Shown here piece after piece: positions 8,428-16,953 of a stretch of DNA of 55,953 nt; the stretch's first letter is position 1, and each line of letters starts with the position of its first letter. The stretch spans positions 1 through 55,953 of the forward strand of contig DSAS01000187.1 of NCBI GenBank assembly GCA_011046365.1, in the 5' to 3' direction. The notes under the pieces were generated by a model, which was not told the DNA's origin, made no database searches, and saw nothing but the letters and a program-made list of their open reading frames with translations. Origin of the DNA: Fidelibacterota bacterium (GTDB lineage: Bacteria > Fidelibacterota > UBA2242). Made by a program: the position numbers and the translations under genes.

Positions 8428-10440
8428 TCACTCTTTTAACAAGCAATAAAATATCATTCCTGAATCCTGCCGGGACTCAGGATTTATTTTTTTTAGAATA
8501 TCCTCAACCCCGATGGCGGAATAATTTTCACACAAATCATCCAGCCATTGCTGATCAATCGGATCAATCAGGCTGCCCGGTCCGATTAAAAGATATCCAT
8601 TTTTAAAACTAAAACCGGTCAGGTAATAATGGCTCTCACCACCATCATCCATGTCGTAATCAATCGGTTCAACCACAATCCGGTCATTTTCAGAGTAAAT
8701 CCTTTTTATCCGATAGCGCCGATGAGAATAAAGGGAAATCAGATTGGTGTCTGTGTCAATCATTAACACCGTTAATTTTGCTTTTGGATACTCTTCCGAA
8801 ATCATCCTGTCTGCCTTCGTAAATGCCGCATCAGGGTTCATCTCGAGGGTATAAAGCGTTTTTAAGATTCCCCTGACCTCGGTTCTGTTATCGGCAAGAT
8901 CAGCGGAATAGGTGATCTGGAAAAAGAGACCGCGACTGTCGGGCAGCGTTATCCGGTCGGCATAGCTGTTCGGCAGTTCCGGACAGTATAGAGTAAGCCG
9001 GTTCATTTTCAATTGGCAAACCCGGGCTTCCGCCGCGCCTTTTCCGGGCAGCCGCTCAAACTTCCCGGTAAAGGACGCCGAACTCAGTACAATATTGATC
9101 TGAATTGCAAAGGACTTTAGCGTATGCAGATCATTCTCATCATAGGCATAGGTGGATTTTTTGGCGGAATATAGTACTCCGATCACCTGGTCAGCTTTTG
9201 TTAACGGAACTGCGATCAGTGAACGCCATTTCAAATCCAGAGAATGTAAGGGAACCGTGCGATCGTCCTCTTCGATATTGTGAATCAATACGGCTTCCTG
9301 AGATGAGCGCACAATATTGCCGATACAATCGGCGTTTGCCTGACCCAGCCGGGAAGCCTCTTTATCGGACAGATGAACGGAAGCCATTATGCCGGTCAGT
9401 GGCTGACTCCCACCTTCAAAGGATAACCAGCAGGCGTCCGACGAAGTTAACTGGCAGGCGTGACTGACGATTGTATGAAACAGGGTTTGGATATCGGTGC
9501 TCTCGCTGATCATTTTACTTATCTGCGCGACAGACTGAATTTCAGTCGTGACCCGATCATAGATTGATGCTGTCGGCAGTCTGAATAAGAACCCGATAAA
9601 AGAGGCAATTACATATACATTGATGAAAATCAGCATCGCCAGGACGAATCCCTTTACCGTGGTACTGAATACAAATACCGGAAACAGCAGGTTCGAAAAA
9701 AGCAGGTACAGACTCACCGGGATAATTATCAGCGATAACAGGAAACCGGTGTATTTCTCTTTCTTATTGAGGACATCAATCCAGGATTTATAGAGGCTGA
9801 TGACCAGGGTCACGATTACCAGTGCGGCACCGATAATCCAGATCAGCGCCGAATCACTCTGCTGCAACAGCGTAAAGCGGTCATAGGTATAGCGGTCTTC
9901 AATAAAATTGAAAATCAGCGCCCCGAACAGCAGGAACAATAAGAGCAAGCGATACTCAAAATTTGAATAGCGATTCGGTCGGTAATCCAGCAACTTTTTA
10001 ACAAATATCAGAATTGCGAAAAAAATGGTAATGGTGACAACGGTACAGAATTCGGAAACCGTATTCCAGATAAACGGAAATTCCGCCAAAAAGGGATTAT
10101 CGTCCCAGAGAACTAAAAATTTTTTCAGCAACAGCTGCGGCAGAAGAGTTCCTACGAAAAGACCGATTATCAACACATACGCCGCCAGCAACGTCTTTTT
10201 TAACGTGAGCTTTCGTTGCTGTAGGTAACTCCTGAGTCGCAGGTAAATGAGGAGCGCCGCAAAACAGATAATCAGCTCCCGCTCTATCCGGTAAATTTTG
10301 ATAAATGAGGGAATATGATAAAAAGTCGTGTCAACAAAGAGTACAAACAGTAAGAGCAGAACCGTAAGGCTGATCAGAAGCGTTGTTTTAATGACCTGTT
10401 TCATTCCTCGCGCCGGCTCATTTTTTCTATATAACCACAC
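8428..10440 (-). CDS. polytopic membrane sensor with GAF domain and an uncharacterised C-terminal domain
   Basis: About 9-10 hydrophobic helices in the first 290 aa or so. Next comes a GAF-like segment (IQTLFHTIVSHACQLTSSDACWLSF...LIAVPL...VIGVLY). The last 200 aa or so only vaguely resemble a SpoIIE/PP2C fold. Confidence 0.6.
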   Translation of the reverse strand: MWLYRKNEPARGMKQVIKTTLLISLTVLLLLFVLFVDTTFYHIPSFIKIYRIERELIICFAALLIYLRLRSYLQQRKLTLKKTLLAAYVLIIGLFVGTLLPQLLLKKFLVLWDDNPFLAEFPFIWNTVSEFCTVVTITIFFAILIFVKKLLDYRPNRYSNFEYRLLLLFLLFGALIFNFIEDRYTYDRFTLLQQSDSALIWIIGAALVIVTLVISLYKSWIDVLNKKEKYTGFLLSLIIIPVSLYLLFSNLLFPVFVFSTTVKGFVLAMLIFINVYVIASFIGFLFRLPTASIYDRVTTEIQSVAQISKMISESTDIQTLFHTIVSHACQLTSSDACWLSFEGGSQPLTGIMASVHLSDKEASRLGQANADCIGNIVRSSQEAVLIHNIEEDDRTVPLHSLDLKWRSLIAVPLTKADQVIGVLYSAKKSTYAYDENDLHTLKSFAIQINIVLSSASFTGKFERLPGKGAAEARVCQLKMNRLTLYCPELPNSYADRITLPDSRGLFFQITYSADLADNRTEVRGILKTLYTLEMNPDAAFTKADRMISEEYPKAKLTVLMIDTDTNLISLYSHRRYRIKRIYSENDRIVVEPIDYDMDDGGESHYYLTGFSFKNGYLLIGPGSLIDPIDQQWLDDLCENYSAIGVEDILKKINPESRQDSGMIFYCLLKE

Positions 10441-10605
10441 GACTCCCGGTGATTTTCAGTCTGTTATTGCACTGCGCTAATTTTATATAAATAATCATCT
10501 CCTCCAACAGCCTCATATGAACTTAGCCATCAATTTACAACTATTTTTAAATTATTCACTAAATGGGCAGAAAAACGATATTTCGAATACAGAAAATAGT
10601 GGCGA

Positions 10606-10956
10606 TTAGCGAGGATTATTATCCGGATCAAGCGTAATAATTGAGGGTTTCCATGCAACAGCCTCGGATTCCTCGATCAGAGTATAGGCGATGATAATGA
10701 TTATATCACCTTGCTGAGCCAGGCGGGCTGCGGCGCCGTTCAAGCTAATCTCGCGTTCCCCTCGCTTCCCTTCTATAACATAGGTCTCAAATCGTGCGCC
10801 GGTATTAATATTAAGCACCTGTACTTTTTCATACGCGTAAAGCCCGGCGGCGTCCATGAGGTCCCTGTCAATCGTGATGCTGCCCGCATAATGCAAATCC
10901 GTCTGCGTAACGGTCGCCCGGTGTATTTTGGATTTCAGAATCTCTATTAAACTCAT
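10606..10956 (-). CDS. panD: aspartate 1-decarboxylase
   Basis: 116 aa. KSKIHRATVTQTDLHYAGSITID contains the Gly-Ser self-processing site. The rest matches PanD throughout. Confidence 0.95.
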   Translation of the reverse strand: MSLIEILKSKIHRATVTQTDLHYAGSITIDRDLMDAAGLYAYEKVQVLNINTGARFETYVIEGKRGEREISLNGAAARLAQQGDIIIIIAYTLIEESEAVAWKPSIITLDPDNNPR

Positions 10957-11057
10957 CGAACTCCCCTGGTTCTCACTTACGCCGAAATTTACAGATAATT
11001 CCTTAGCATTTCAATATCAACTTTCCATACGCATCAGCGAATCTCAAACATTCCTAT

Positions 11058-11672
11058 TTGAGATTTGACCAGAAACACCTATCTTTCGGCATTATGATAA
11101 CATGCCTGATCGCCTTCGACAAAGCCCTTTTTTACTTCATTAATCATACCCTGGCAAATCCGGTATTTGACTGGCTGATGCCGTTTATTACTGAAAAATC
11201 TCACTGGATCATCCCAATTTTGATCATATGGTTGGTACTCTTGGTTTTTGGACAGAAACGCGGGCGCATTGCCGCAATCCTGCTTCTTTTAACCGTCGCA
11301 ACCACCGATCCGGTCTGCTATCGAGTCCTCAAACCGACCTTCAAGCGGATTCGACCGTCCCGCACCCTGGAAGATGTCCGTCTGCTGGTTCGTCGCGGCG
11401 GCAAATACGGATTCCCGTCGAATCACGCCGCCAACATCACCGGGGCAATGCTGATTCTGGGTTATTTCTTCCGGAAATATAAATATGGATTCGCAACTAT
11501 CGCCGGACTCATCTCATTCAGCAGAATTTACGTCGGCGTCCATTATCCCTTTGATGTCATTTTTGGAATATTCATCGGAATTCTGTTTGCCGTTCTGTGG
11601 CTGTTTTTATGGATTATCCTGGCGAACCATCTGGCTAAAAAGCAAAATTTTTGCTTAACGATCTCAGAGTAA
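11058..11672 (+). CDS. PAP2-family phosphatase (undecaprenyl-diphosphatase-like)
   Basis: The three PAP2 motifs are present: KRIRPS, PSNHAAN and SRIYVGVHYPFDV. The protein is multi-TM. The ORF-track start is TTG, and the ATG at MITCLIAF is an alternative. Confidence 0.85.
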   Translation: MRFDQKHLSFGIMITCLIAFDKALFYFINHTLANPVFDWLMPFITEKSHWIIPILIIWLVLLVFGQKRGRIAAILLLLTVATTDPVCYRVLKPTFKRIRPSRTLEDVRLLVRRGGKYGFPSNHAANITGAMLILGYFFRKYKYGFATIAGLISFSRIYVGVHYPFDVIFGIFIGILFAVLWLFLWIILANHLAKKQNFCLTISE

Positions 11673-11728
11673 TTAAATTACCGTGCAAATACTTCGTAAG
11701 AAGGATGTTAAAAATGGAGAAACAGTAG

Positions 11729-11857
11729 ATGCCAAGTCACAGGAGAAAACGTAAATCCTTTCGAATCACTCAGGGCGTAAAAACCGGAATTTATATTTTA
11801 CTTAGCCTGATCGTCTTCTTTATTATTCTATTCAATATCTGGGATTGCCATATATAA
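11729..11857 (+). CDS. possible 42-aa single-TM protein (not in ORF track)
   Basis: An ATG preceded by GGAGA at 8-nt spacing. Translation is MPSHRRKRKSFRITQGVKTGIYILLSLIVFFIILFNIWDCHI, a basic N-terminus followed by one hydrophobic helix. No homology is recognised. Confidence 0.3.
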   Translation: MPSHRRKRKSFRITQGVKTGIYILLSLIVFFIILFNIWDCHI

Positions 11858-11916
11858 TTTTTCCTTAACAGCACTCTGGATATTGCATACTCCTCTTATC
11901 ACCACAAAAATCAAGC

Positions 11917-12369
11917 ATGGAACATAGCACATTTATCTCCGGGAAGAAAATCCTGTTAAGACCCTATATCGCTGATGATGCCCTGCTCTTCTGCCGGGGT
12001 GAAAACGATCCCGAAGTGCGTGAAACTCTTTTCCGTGCATTTCCGATCAATGTAGATCGAATTCACGAACGAATCCAATCCCAAATCAAAGCCCAAAATG
12101 CAGTCGTCTTTTCAATCGCCGATAAAATCCGCTGGGCACAAGGTTTGGGCAGCGAAGCCACCCGGCTGATGATCGAATACGGATTCAACACCCTGAATCT
12201 TCATCGCATTCAGCTGCATGTTTTTAAAAACAACCACCCGGCGATTCGGATTTACGAAAAAATCGGCTTCAAAACCGAGAGGCTGCTGCGGGAAGCCATG
12301 TATCAGCATGGAGAATATTGCTATTTTCTCCTCATGGGATGTCTGAGAGATGAATGGCAAGCTGCCTAG
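11917..12369 (+). CDS. GNAT (RimJ/RimL-like) N-acetyltransferase, unusually short
   Basis: ILLRPY..DDA at the N-terminus and GLGSEATRLMIEYGFNTLNLHRIQLHVFKNNHPAIRIYEKIGF (motif A and beyond). The segment normally found between FSIADK and WAQGLG appears to be missing. Confidence 0.7.
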   Translation: MEHSTFISGKKILLRPYIADDALLFCRGENDPEVRETLFRAFPINVDRIHERIQSQIKAQNAVVFSIADKIRWAQGLGSEATRLMIEYGFNTLNLHRIQLHVFKNNHPAIRIYEKIGFKTERLLREAMYQHGEYCYFLLMGCLRDEWQAA

Positions 12370-13042
12370 ATCACCCTTTGCAATCCTCTGGATATTGGCG
12401 GGCTTTATGCTGAATTGTACCCAACCGACACCAATTTCGATTCTCTTTTTAGGCGATTCAATCACAGAGCTCGGTGTCAAACCGGACGGCTATGTGACCT
12501 TGATTCAAAAGGAAATTGATCGCCGATTCCCGAAACGGGATATAAAGATTACCGGTGCCGGCATCAGCGGAAATAAAGTTCCTGATCTGGAAGCTCGCCT
12601 GGAAGGGGATGTCCTCTCGAAAAAACCGGATATTGTGGTCATTTATATCGGTATCAATGATGTCTGGCATTCCATTTTACCCGGACATTCCGGCACCTCT
12701 CGGCAGGATTTCCGGGCGGGTCTTATGCGAATAATTGAACAGATCAAAAAGATCAATGCGGAAATCATTCTCTGCACACCATCGGTCGTGGGCGAAAAGA
12801 TTGACAACGGCAATCCCCTGGATGAGCAATTGGATCAATATTCCGAAATCATAAGAGAGCTCGCCGCTATCGAAAAGCTCCATTTAATTGATTTACGCCA
12901 ACAATTCAAAGCCTATCTTCTGAGAAATAATCCCGAAAACAGGGCTGAAGATATTCTTACCTATGACGGCATTCATCTGAACAACCGCGGCAATCAATTT
13001 GTTGCCGATGTTATGATACATACCTTGATTGACCTTCTGTAA
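12350..13042 (+). CDS. SGNH/GDSL hydrolase, probable lipoprotein
   Basis: ILFLGDSITELG (block I Ser), GINDVW and YDGIHLNNRG (block V). The N-terminus is signal/lipobox-like (FMLNC). Confidence 0.85.
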   Translation: MNGKLPRSPFAILWILAGFMLNCTQPTPISILFLGDSITELGVKPDGYVTLIQKEIDRRFPKRDIKITGAGISGNKVPDLEARLEGDVLSKKPDIVVIYIGINDVWHSILPGHSGTSRQDFRAGLMRIIEQIKKINAEIILCTPSVVGEKIDNGNPLDEQLDQYSEIIRELAAIEKLHLIDLRQQFKAYLLRNNPENRAEDILTYDGIHLNNRGNQFVADVMIHTLIDLL

Positions 13043-13090
13043 GTGAGTTTATGATACCAGTCACATTTGAATCGCCAATCCAAATTTTTC

Positions 13091-13119
13091 TTGAATCGGA
13101 CATTTTTTTGTTTTAATTT
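13091..13119 (+). promoter_or_regulatory. sigma70-like promoter candidate for the Rrf2-nifS-nifU operon
   Basis: TTGAAT (13091-13096), a 17-nt spacer and TAATTT (13114-13119), about 55 nt upstream of the Rrf2 start codon. Confidence 0.35.
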
Positions 13120-13147
13120 CCTACCGCTTTGGTAGGAATGGTAGGAC
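13118..13147 (+). promoter_or_regulatory. inverted-repeat operator candidate (Rrf2 autoregulation)
   Basis: TTCCTACC-gcttt-GGTAGGAA is a perfect 8-bp inverted repeat. A third half-site GTAGGAC follows, and the element overlaps the -10 candidate. Confidence 0.4.
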
Positions 13148-13175
13148 AGTTTGGAATGAGAACAAAAAACACCCA

Positions 13176-13613
13176 ATGATCCGGTTATCAACAAAAGGAA
13201 AATATGGCGCCCGGCTGATGTTTCAACTCGCCCTGAATTACGGCAACGGTCCGATGCTGCTGAAGGAAATTGCAGCCCGGGAAGACCTCTCCGTGCGCTA
13301 TCTCGAACATCTCGTTCCTCCGCTCCGAACTGCCCGGCTGATCCTTTCCATGCGCGGTTCAAAGGGCGGCTATTCTCTGGCTAAGAAACCGCAGGATATA
13401 ACCTTAAAAGAGATTGTCCGGGTTCTGGAAGGTCCCTTTTATCCCTCAGAGTGTGTGGAAGCTCCTGACATTTGCAATCGCTCCAGTTTTTGTGTCACCC
13501 GAAACATCTGGGCGGAACTGGAGCAGACCATTTCCGCCACTCTGGCAAGTCACACCTTACAGGACCTTGTAGATGAATACCGCAAAGCACATACATCAGA
13601 GGAATCTTCATGA
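13176..13613 (+). CDS. Rrf2-family transcriptional regulator (IscR-like)
   Basis: N-terminal wHTH MIRLSTKGKYGARLMFQLA...LLKEIA...SVRYLEHL...GSKGGYSL. Three Cys are spaced C-x6-C-x5-C (ECVEAPDICNRSSFCV). It heads a nifS-nifU operon. Confidence 0.9.
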   Translation: MIRLSTKGKYGARLMFQLALNYGNGPMLLKEIAAREDLSVRYLEHLVPPLRTARLILSMRGSKGGYSLAKKPQDITLKEIVRVLEGPFYPSECVEAPDICNRSSFCVTRNIWAELEQTISATLASHTLQDLVDEYRKAHTSEESS

Positions 13614-14770
13614 AAAATATCTATCTCGATCATGCCGCAACCTGTCCCACCGATCCTGAGGTCGTGAATGCAATGTTACCCTATTTTACCGAAAATTACG
13701 GTAATCCGTCCAGTATCTATTCAATCAGCCGGACTACGCGCAATGCCATCGAAGATGCCCGGGAAATCCTCGCCAAAGCCATCGGCGCAAGTTCCGGGGA
13801 AATTGTATTCACCAGCGGCGGCAGCGAAAGCGACAACTTCGCGATCAAAGGCGTAGCCCATGCGCTCCGGGAGAAGGGGCGCCACATTATTACTTCACAA
13901 ATCGAACACCATGCTGTTTTGTACACCTGCAAATTTCTGGAAAAAAACGGTTATGACGTAAGCTATCTGCCGGTGGATTCTGCCGGAATAGTCAAAATGG
14001 ATGAGCTGGAAAAAGCCATTCGTCGGGATACAATCCTCATAACCATTATGCATGCTAATAATGAAATCGGCAGCATCCAACCGGTCCGGGAAATCGCTGA
14101 AATTGCCAAAAAACACAAAATAGCCTTTCATACTGACGCTGTCCAGACTTTCGGACACATCCCGGTCAATGTCAACGAACTGAATGTGGACCTTTTATCT
14201 ATATCAGGACATAAATTCCACGGTCCCAAAGGCGTCGGGGCGCTCTATATCCGCAAGGGAACGAAAATTACACCCCTGATCCACGGTGGTGATCAGGAAC
14301 GGCGCCGTCGCGCCTCTACGGAAAATGTCCCCGGCATTGTCGGACTGGGGCAAGCGGTGGAAATCGCTCCTGGCATTATGAGCGATGAAATGAAGCGACA
14401 AGCGCAGCTGCGAGACACCTTTATCGGAAAAATTCTGAATACTATTCCCGATTCACGGTTGAACGGGCACGCCACCCAACGCCTGCCAAACAATATCAAT
14501 ATCTCCTTCAAAGGCATTGAAGGCGAATCCATCCTGCTCAACCTGGACATGTTCGGCATTGCCGCCTCAACCGGCTCAGCCTGCAGCTCTTCCAGTCTGG
14601 AGCCCAGTCACGTGCTGCTCGCCATCGGTTTAGATCATGAATTGGCTCACGGATCGGTGCGTTTTTCCCTGGGAAAACATACCACCCTGGAGGAACTGGA
14701 CCGGGTTGCGGAGATTCTACCCGGCATTATTAAAAAATTACGTGCCATGTCACCCCTCTATAACCAATAA
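13610..14770 (+). CDS. nifS: cysteine desulfurase (NifS/IscS type)
   Basis: SGHKFHGPKGVGALY (PLP-Lys) and STGSACSSSSLEPSHVL (catalytic Cys loop). ATGA overlap with the Rrf2 gene. Confidence 0.92.
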   Translation: MKNIYLDHAATCPTDPEVVNAMLPYFTENYGNPSSIYSISRTTRNAIEDAREILAKAIGASSGEIVFTSGGSESDNFAIKGVAHALREKGRHIITSQIEHHAVLYTCKFLEKNGYDVSYLPVDSAGIVKMDELEKAIRRDTILITIMHANNEIGSIQPVREIAEIAKKHKIAFHTDAVQTFGHIPVNVNELNVDLLSISGHKFHGPKGVGALYIRKGTKITPLIHGGDQERRRRASTENVPGIVGLGQAVEIAPGIMSDEMKRQAQLRDTFIGKILNTIPDSRLNGHATQRLPNNINISFKGIEGESILLNLDMFGIAASTGSACSSSSLEPSHVLLAIGLDHELAHGSVRFSLGKHTTLEELDRVAEILPGIIKKLRAMSPLYNQ

Positions 14771-14781
14771 GGAATCGGATA

Positions 14782-15159
14782 ATGGAACAGTACAGCGAAA
14801 AAGTAATGGATCACTTCACCAACCCCCGCAATGTCGGTACCATTGAAAATCCCGATGGCATAGGACGCGTCGGCAATCCCATCTGCGGCGATGTGATGGA
14901 ATTGCAGATAAAAGTTAAAGATAATGTCATCGTTGACGCGAAATTCCGTACCTTTGGTTGCGGCGCGGCGATCGCCACCAGCTCGATGGCTACGGAACTG
15001 GTCATCGGGAAATCAATTGACGAAGCCACGAAGATTACCAATAAAGTCGTCGCTGAGGCGCTGGACGGACTGCCGCCGATTAAAATGCACTGTTCCAATC
15101 TGGCGGAAGAAGCCCTTGAAGCCGCCATCAAAGACTACCGTGAAAAACAAAAATCTTAG
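14782..15159 (+). CDS. nifU: Fe-S cluster assembly scaffold (NifU N-terminal/IscU type)
   Basis: The three Cys ligand motifs GNPICGD, FGCGAAIA and MHCSNLA are present. 125 aa. Confidence 0.92.
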   Translation: MEQYSEKVMDHFTNPRNVGTIENPDGIGRVGNPICGDVMELQIKVKDNVIVDAKFRTFGCGAAIATSSMATELVIGKSIDEATKITNKVVAEALDGLPPIKMHCSNLAEEALEAAIKDYREKQKS

Positions 15160-15198
15160 ATTTGTAACAAAACCACGTATTCTTCAATCGAATGAATC

Positions 15199-15558
15199 AT
15201 GAGGACTTTTGCACAAATATTTATCCTAACAATTCTACTGGGCGCCAACAGCCTGGGGTTTCTCTACCAACATCATTGTGATATGCCTTGCTGTCAACCA
15301 CTGCAGCCAGAGAGTTGCTGTACAGCAACAAAATCCAATTTGTGCGAAACAAGTATGGAACAGTGCGCCCGTGCAATCTTTCTTCCATTTCTTGTAATGC
15401 CATTGGAAAATGTAGAATTCAACCCTGTGCTGGAAAGTCTGATCACAGTCGCTTCTGGCATCGAGCAGCATCAGTTTTCAACCCTCTACGTTGAAATACA
15501 CACCGTTGATTATTGCATTCCTCCCCCTCTATTAATCAATATTCCTCTACTGATTTAG
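15199..15558 (+). CDS. small secreted or membrane Cys-rich protein (H-H-C / CC / PP motif order), first gene of the metal efflux operon
   Basis: Signal-like N-terminus followed by HHCDMPCCQPLQPESCCTATKSNLCETSMEQC, with CIPPP near the C-terminus. No clear SD sequence. Confidence 0.5.
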   Translation: MRTFAQIFILTILLGANSLGFLYQHHCDMPCCQPLQPESCCTATKSNLCETSMEQCARAIFLPFLVMPLENVEFNPVLESLITVASGIEQHQFSTLYVEIHTVDYCIPPPLLINIPLLI

Positions 15559-15648
15559 AATCCTCACTCTTTTACAGCACATTATCCGTTAAATCCCGAT
15601 AAAAGCGCTATTTGTCATTATTGCCTAAAATGCAGAAGGATTTTACCC

Positions 15649-16953
15649 TTGAATTTTTACCAAAAACAGAATCAGCGAATTCATCGAACACATATTACTA
15701 ATAGTATCACCATCATGATATTTTTCCTGATGATGAATTCAATAATCGTCAACGCTGGTGAGTCGAGCTGTTTGGACGAATACATACAAACAGCTTTGGA
15801 AAATAACCCGGGAATCAAATCGCTCTACCACAACTGGCAGTCGGAGATTCAGCAGATAGCCGTCGTCAGAGGTCTACCGAATCCGACAATCGGTTTTGGT
15901 TATTTTCTGCAAAAAGTCGAAACCGCCGTCGGACCGCAGGAATACAAACTGGGTATCACCCAGATGATTCCCTGGTTTGGTAAACTCAAACTACAGGGCA
16001 ACATTCAAACCCTGAAGGCGGAGATCAGTCATTATGAAATCCAGCAACGCAGCAATGAGATTCGCTCTGATGTTATTCAGAAATATTATGATTATTACCT
16101 CTTAAATCGCTCTATAGCTATTACCAAACAGAACGTTGCACTGGTCCGGCATTGGGAAAACCTGGTGCGTTCAAAATACACCAGCGCCCAACAAGCCTAT
16201 GGCGATTTACTGAATGTCCAGATAGAATTACGTCAAATTGAAGAAAACCTGACGAGTCTTCAGGAGCAAAGAGAGGTGCTACTTGGACATTTCCGGGCGT
16301 TGTTGAATTCACCGGAACTGGAAGAAATCGCTCTGCCTGATAGTCTGTCATTTATCACCCGGTCATTTGAACCCGAAATAATCGAATCGATCTTTAAAAA
16401 GAGAAATCCAAAGTACCTTGCCGCCCAAACGAGGATTGAACTTGCTGAAACCAGACTAAAGCACCAAAAATTGAATTATTACCCGGATTTCGGGATCGGT
16501 ACAGACTATATTTTTACCGGTGAAAAATTCATCAATGGTTCAAAAGTCTCCGGTAGCGGTAAAGACCCGTTTGTGGCGAGCGTATCTCTCTCAATGCCGA
16601 TCTGGCTGAAAAAGCAGAAGGCTGGACTCCGATTAGCCGAATATCAAATTCAGAGCAGTCTTGAGAACCGCCAACATCTGGAAAATCAATTGAATGCTGA
16701 AATTATTGACCTGTTGAATCAGATCGAAGATGCTCACCGCAGGATTTATCTCTTCAGAAATGATTTGATACCAAAGAGTATTGAACTGCTGAATACATCC
16801 GAGACAGCCTATATTACCGGCAATTTTGATTTTAAGTCACTGATTGATGCTCAACGAAAATATTTACACTTCTTGCTGGAATATGAACGGTCACTAGCCG
16901 AATACTATCAGATTCTGGCAGAACTGGAATTACTAAGCGGGATTTCGTTATGA
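15649..16953 (+). CDS. TolC-family outer membrane efflux protein (CusC/CzcC-like)
   Basis: Typical OEP repeat pattern (LDEYIQTALENNPGIK..., two coiled repeats). The likely real start is the ATG at 15715, which gives the signal peptide MIFFLMMNSIIVNA. ATGA overlap with the adaptor gene. Confidence 0.85.
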   Translation: MNFYQKQNQRIHRTHITNSITIMIFFLMMNSIIVNAGESSCLDEYIQTALENNPGIKSLYHNWQSEIQQIAVVRGLPNPTIGFGYFLQKVETAVGPQEYKLGITQMIPWFGKLKLQGNIQTLKAEISHYEIQQRSNEIRSDVIQKYYDYYLLNRSIAITKQNVALVRHWENLVRSKYTSAQQAYGDLLNVQIELRQIEENLTSLQEQREVLLGHFRALLNSPELEEIALPDSLSFITRSFEPEIIESIFKKRNPKYLAAQTRIELAETRLKHQKLNYYPDFGIGTDYIFTGEKFINGSKVSGSGKDPFVASVSLSMPIWLKKQKAGLRLAEYQIQSSLENRQHLENQLNAEIIDLLNQIEDAHRRIYLFRNDLIPKSIELLNTSETAYITGNFDFKSLIDAQRKYLHFLLEYERSLAEYYQILAELELLSGISL

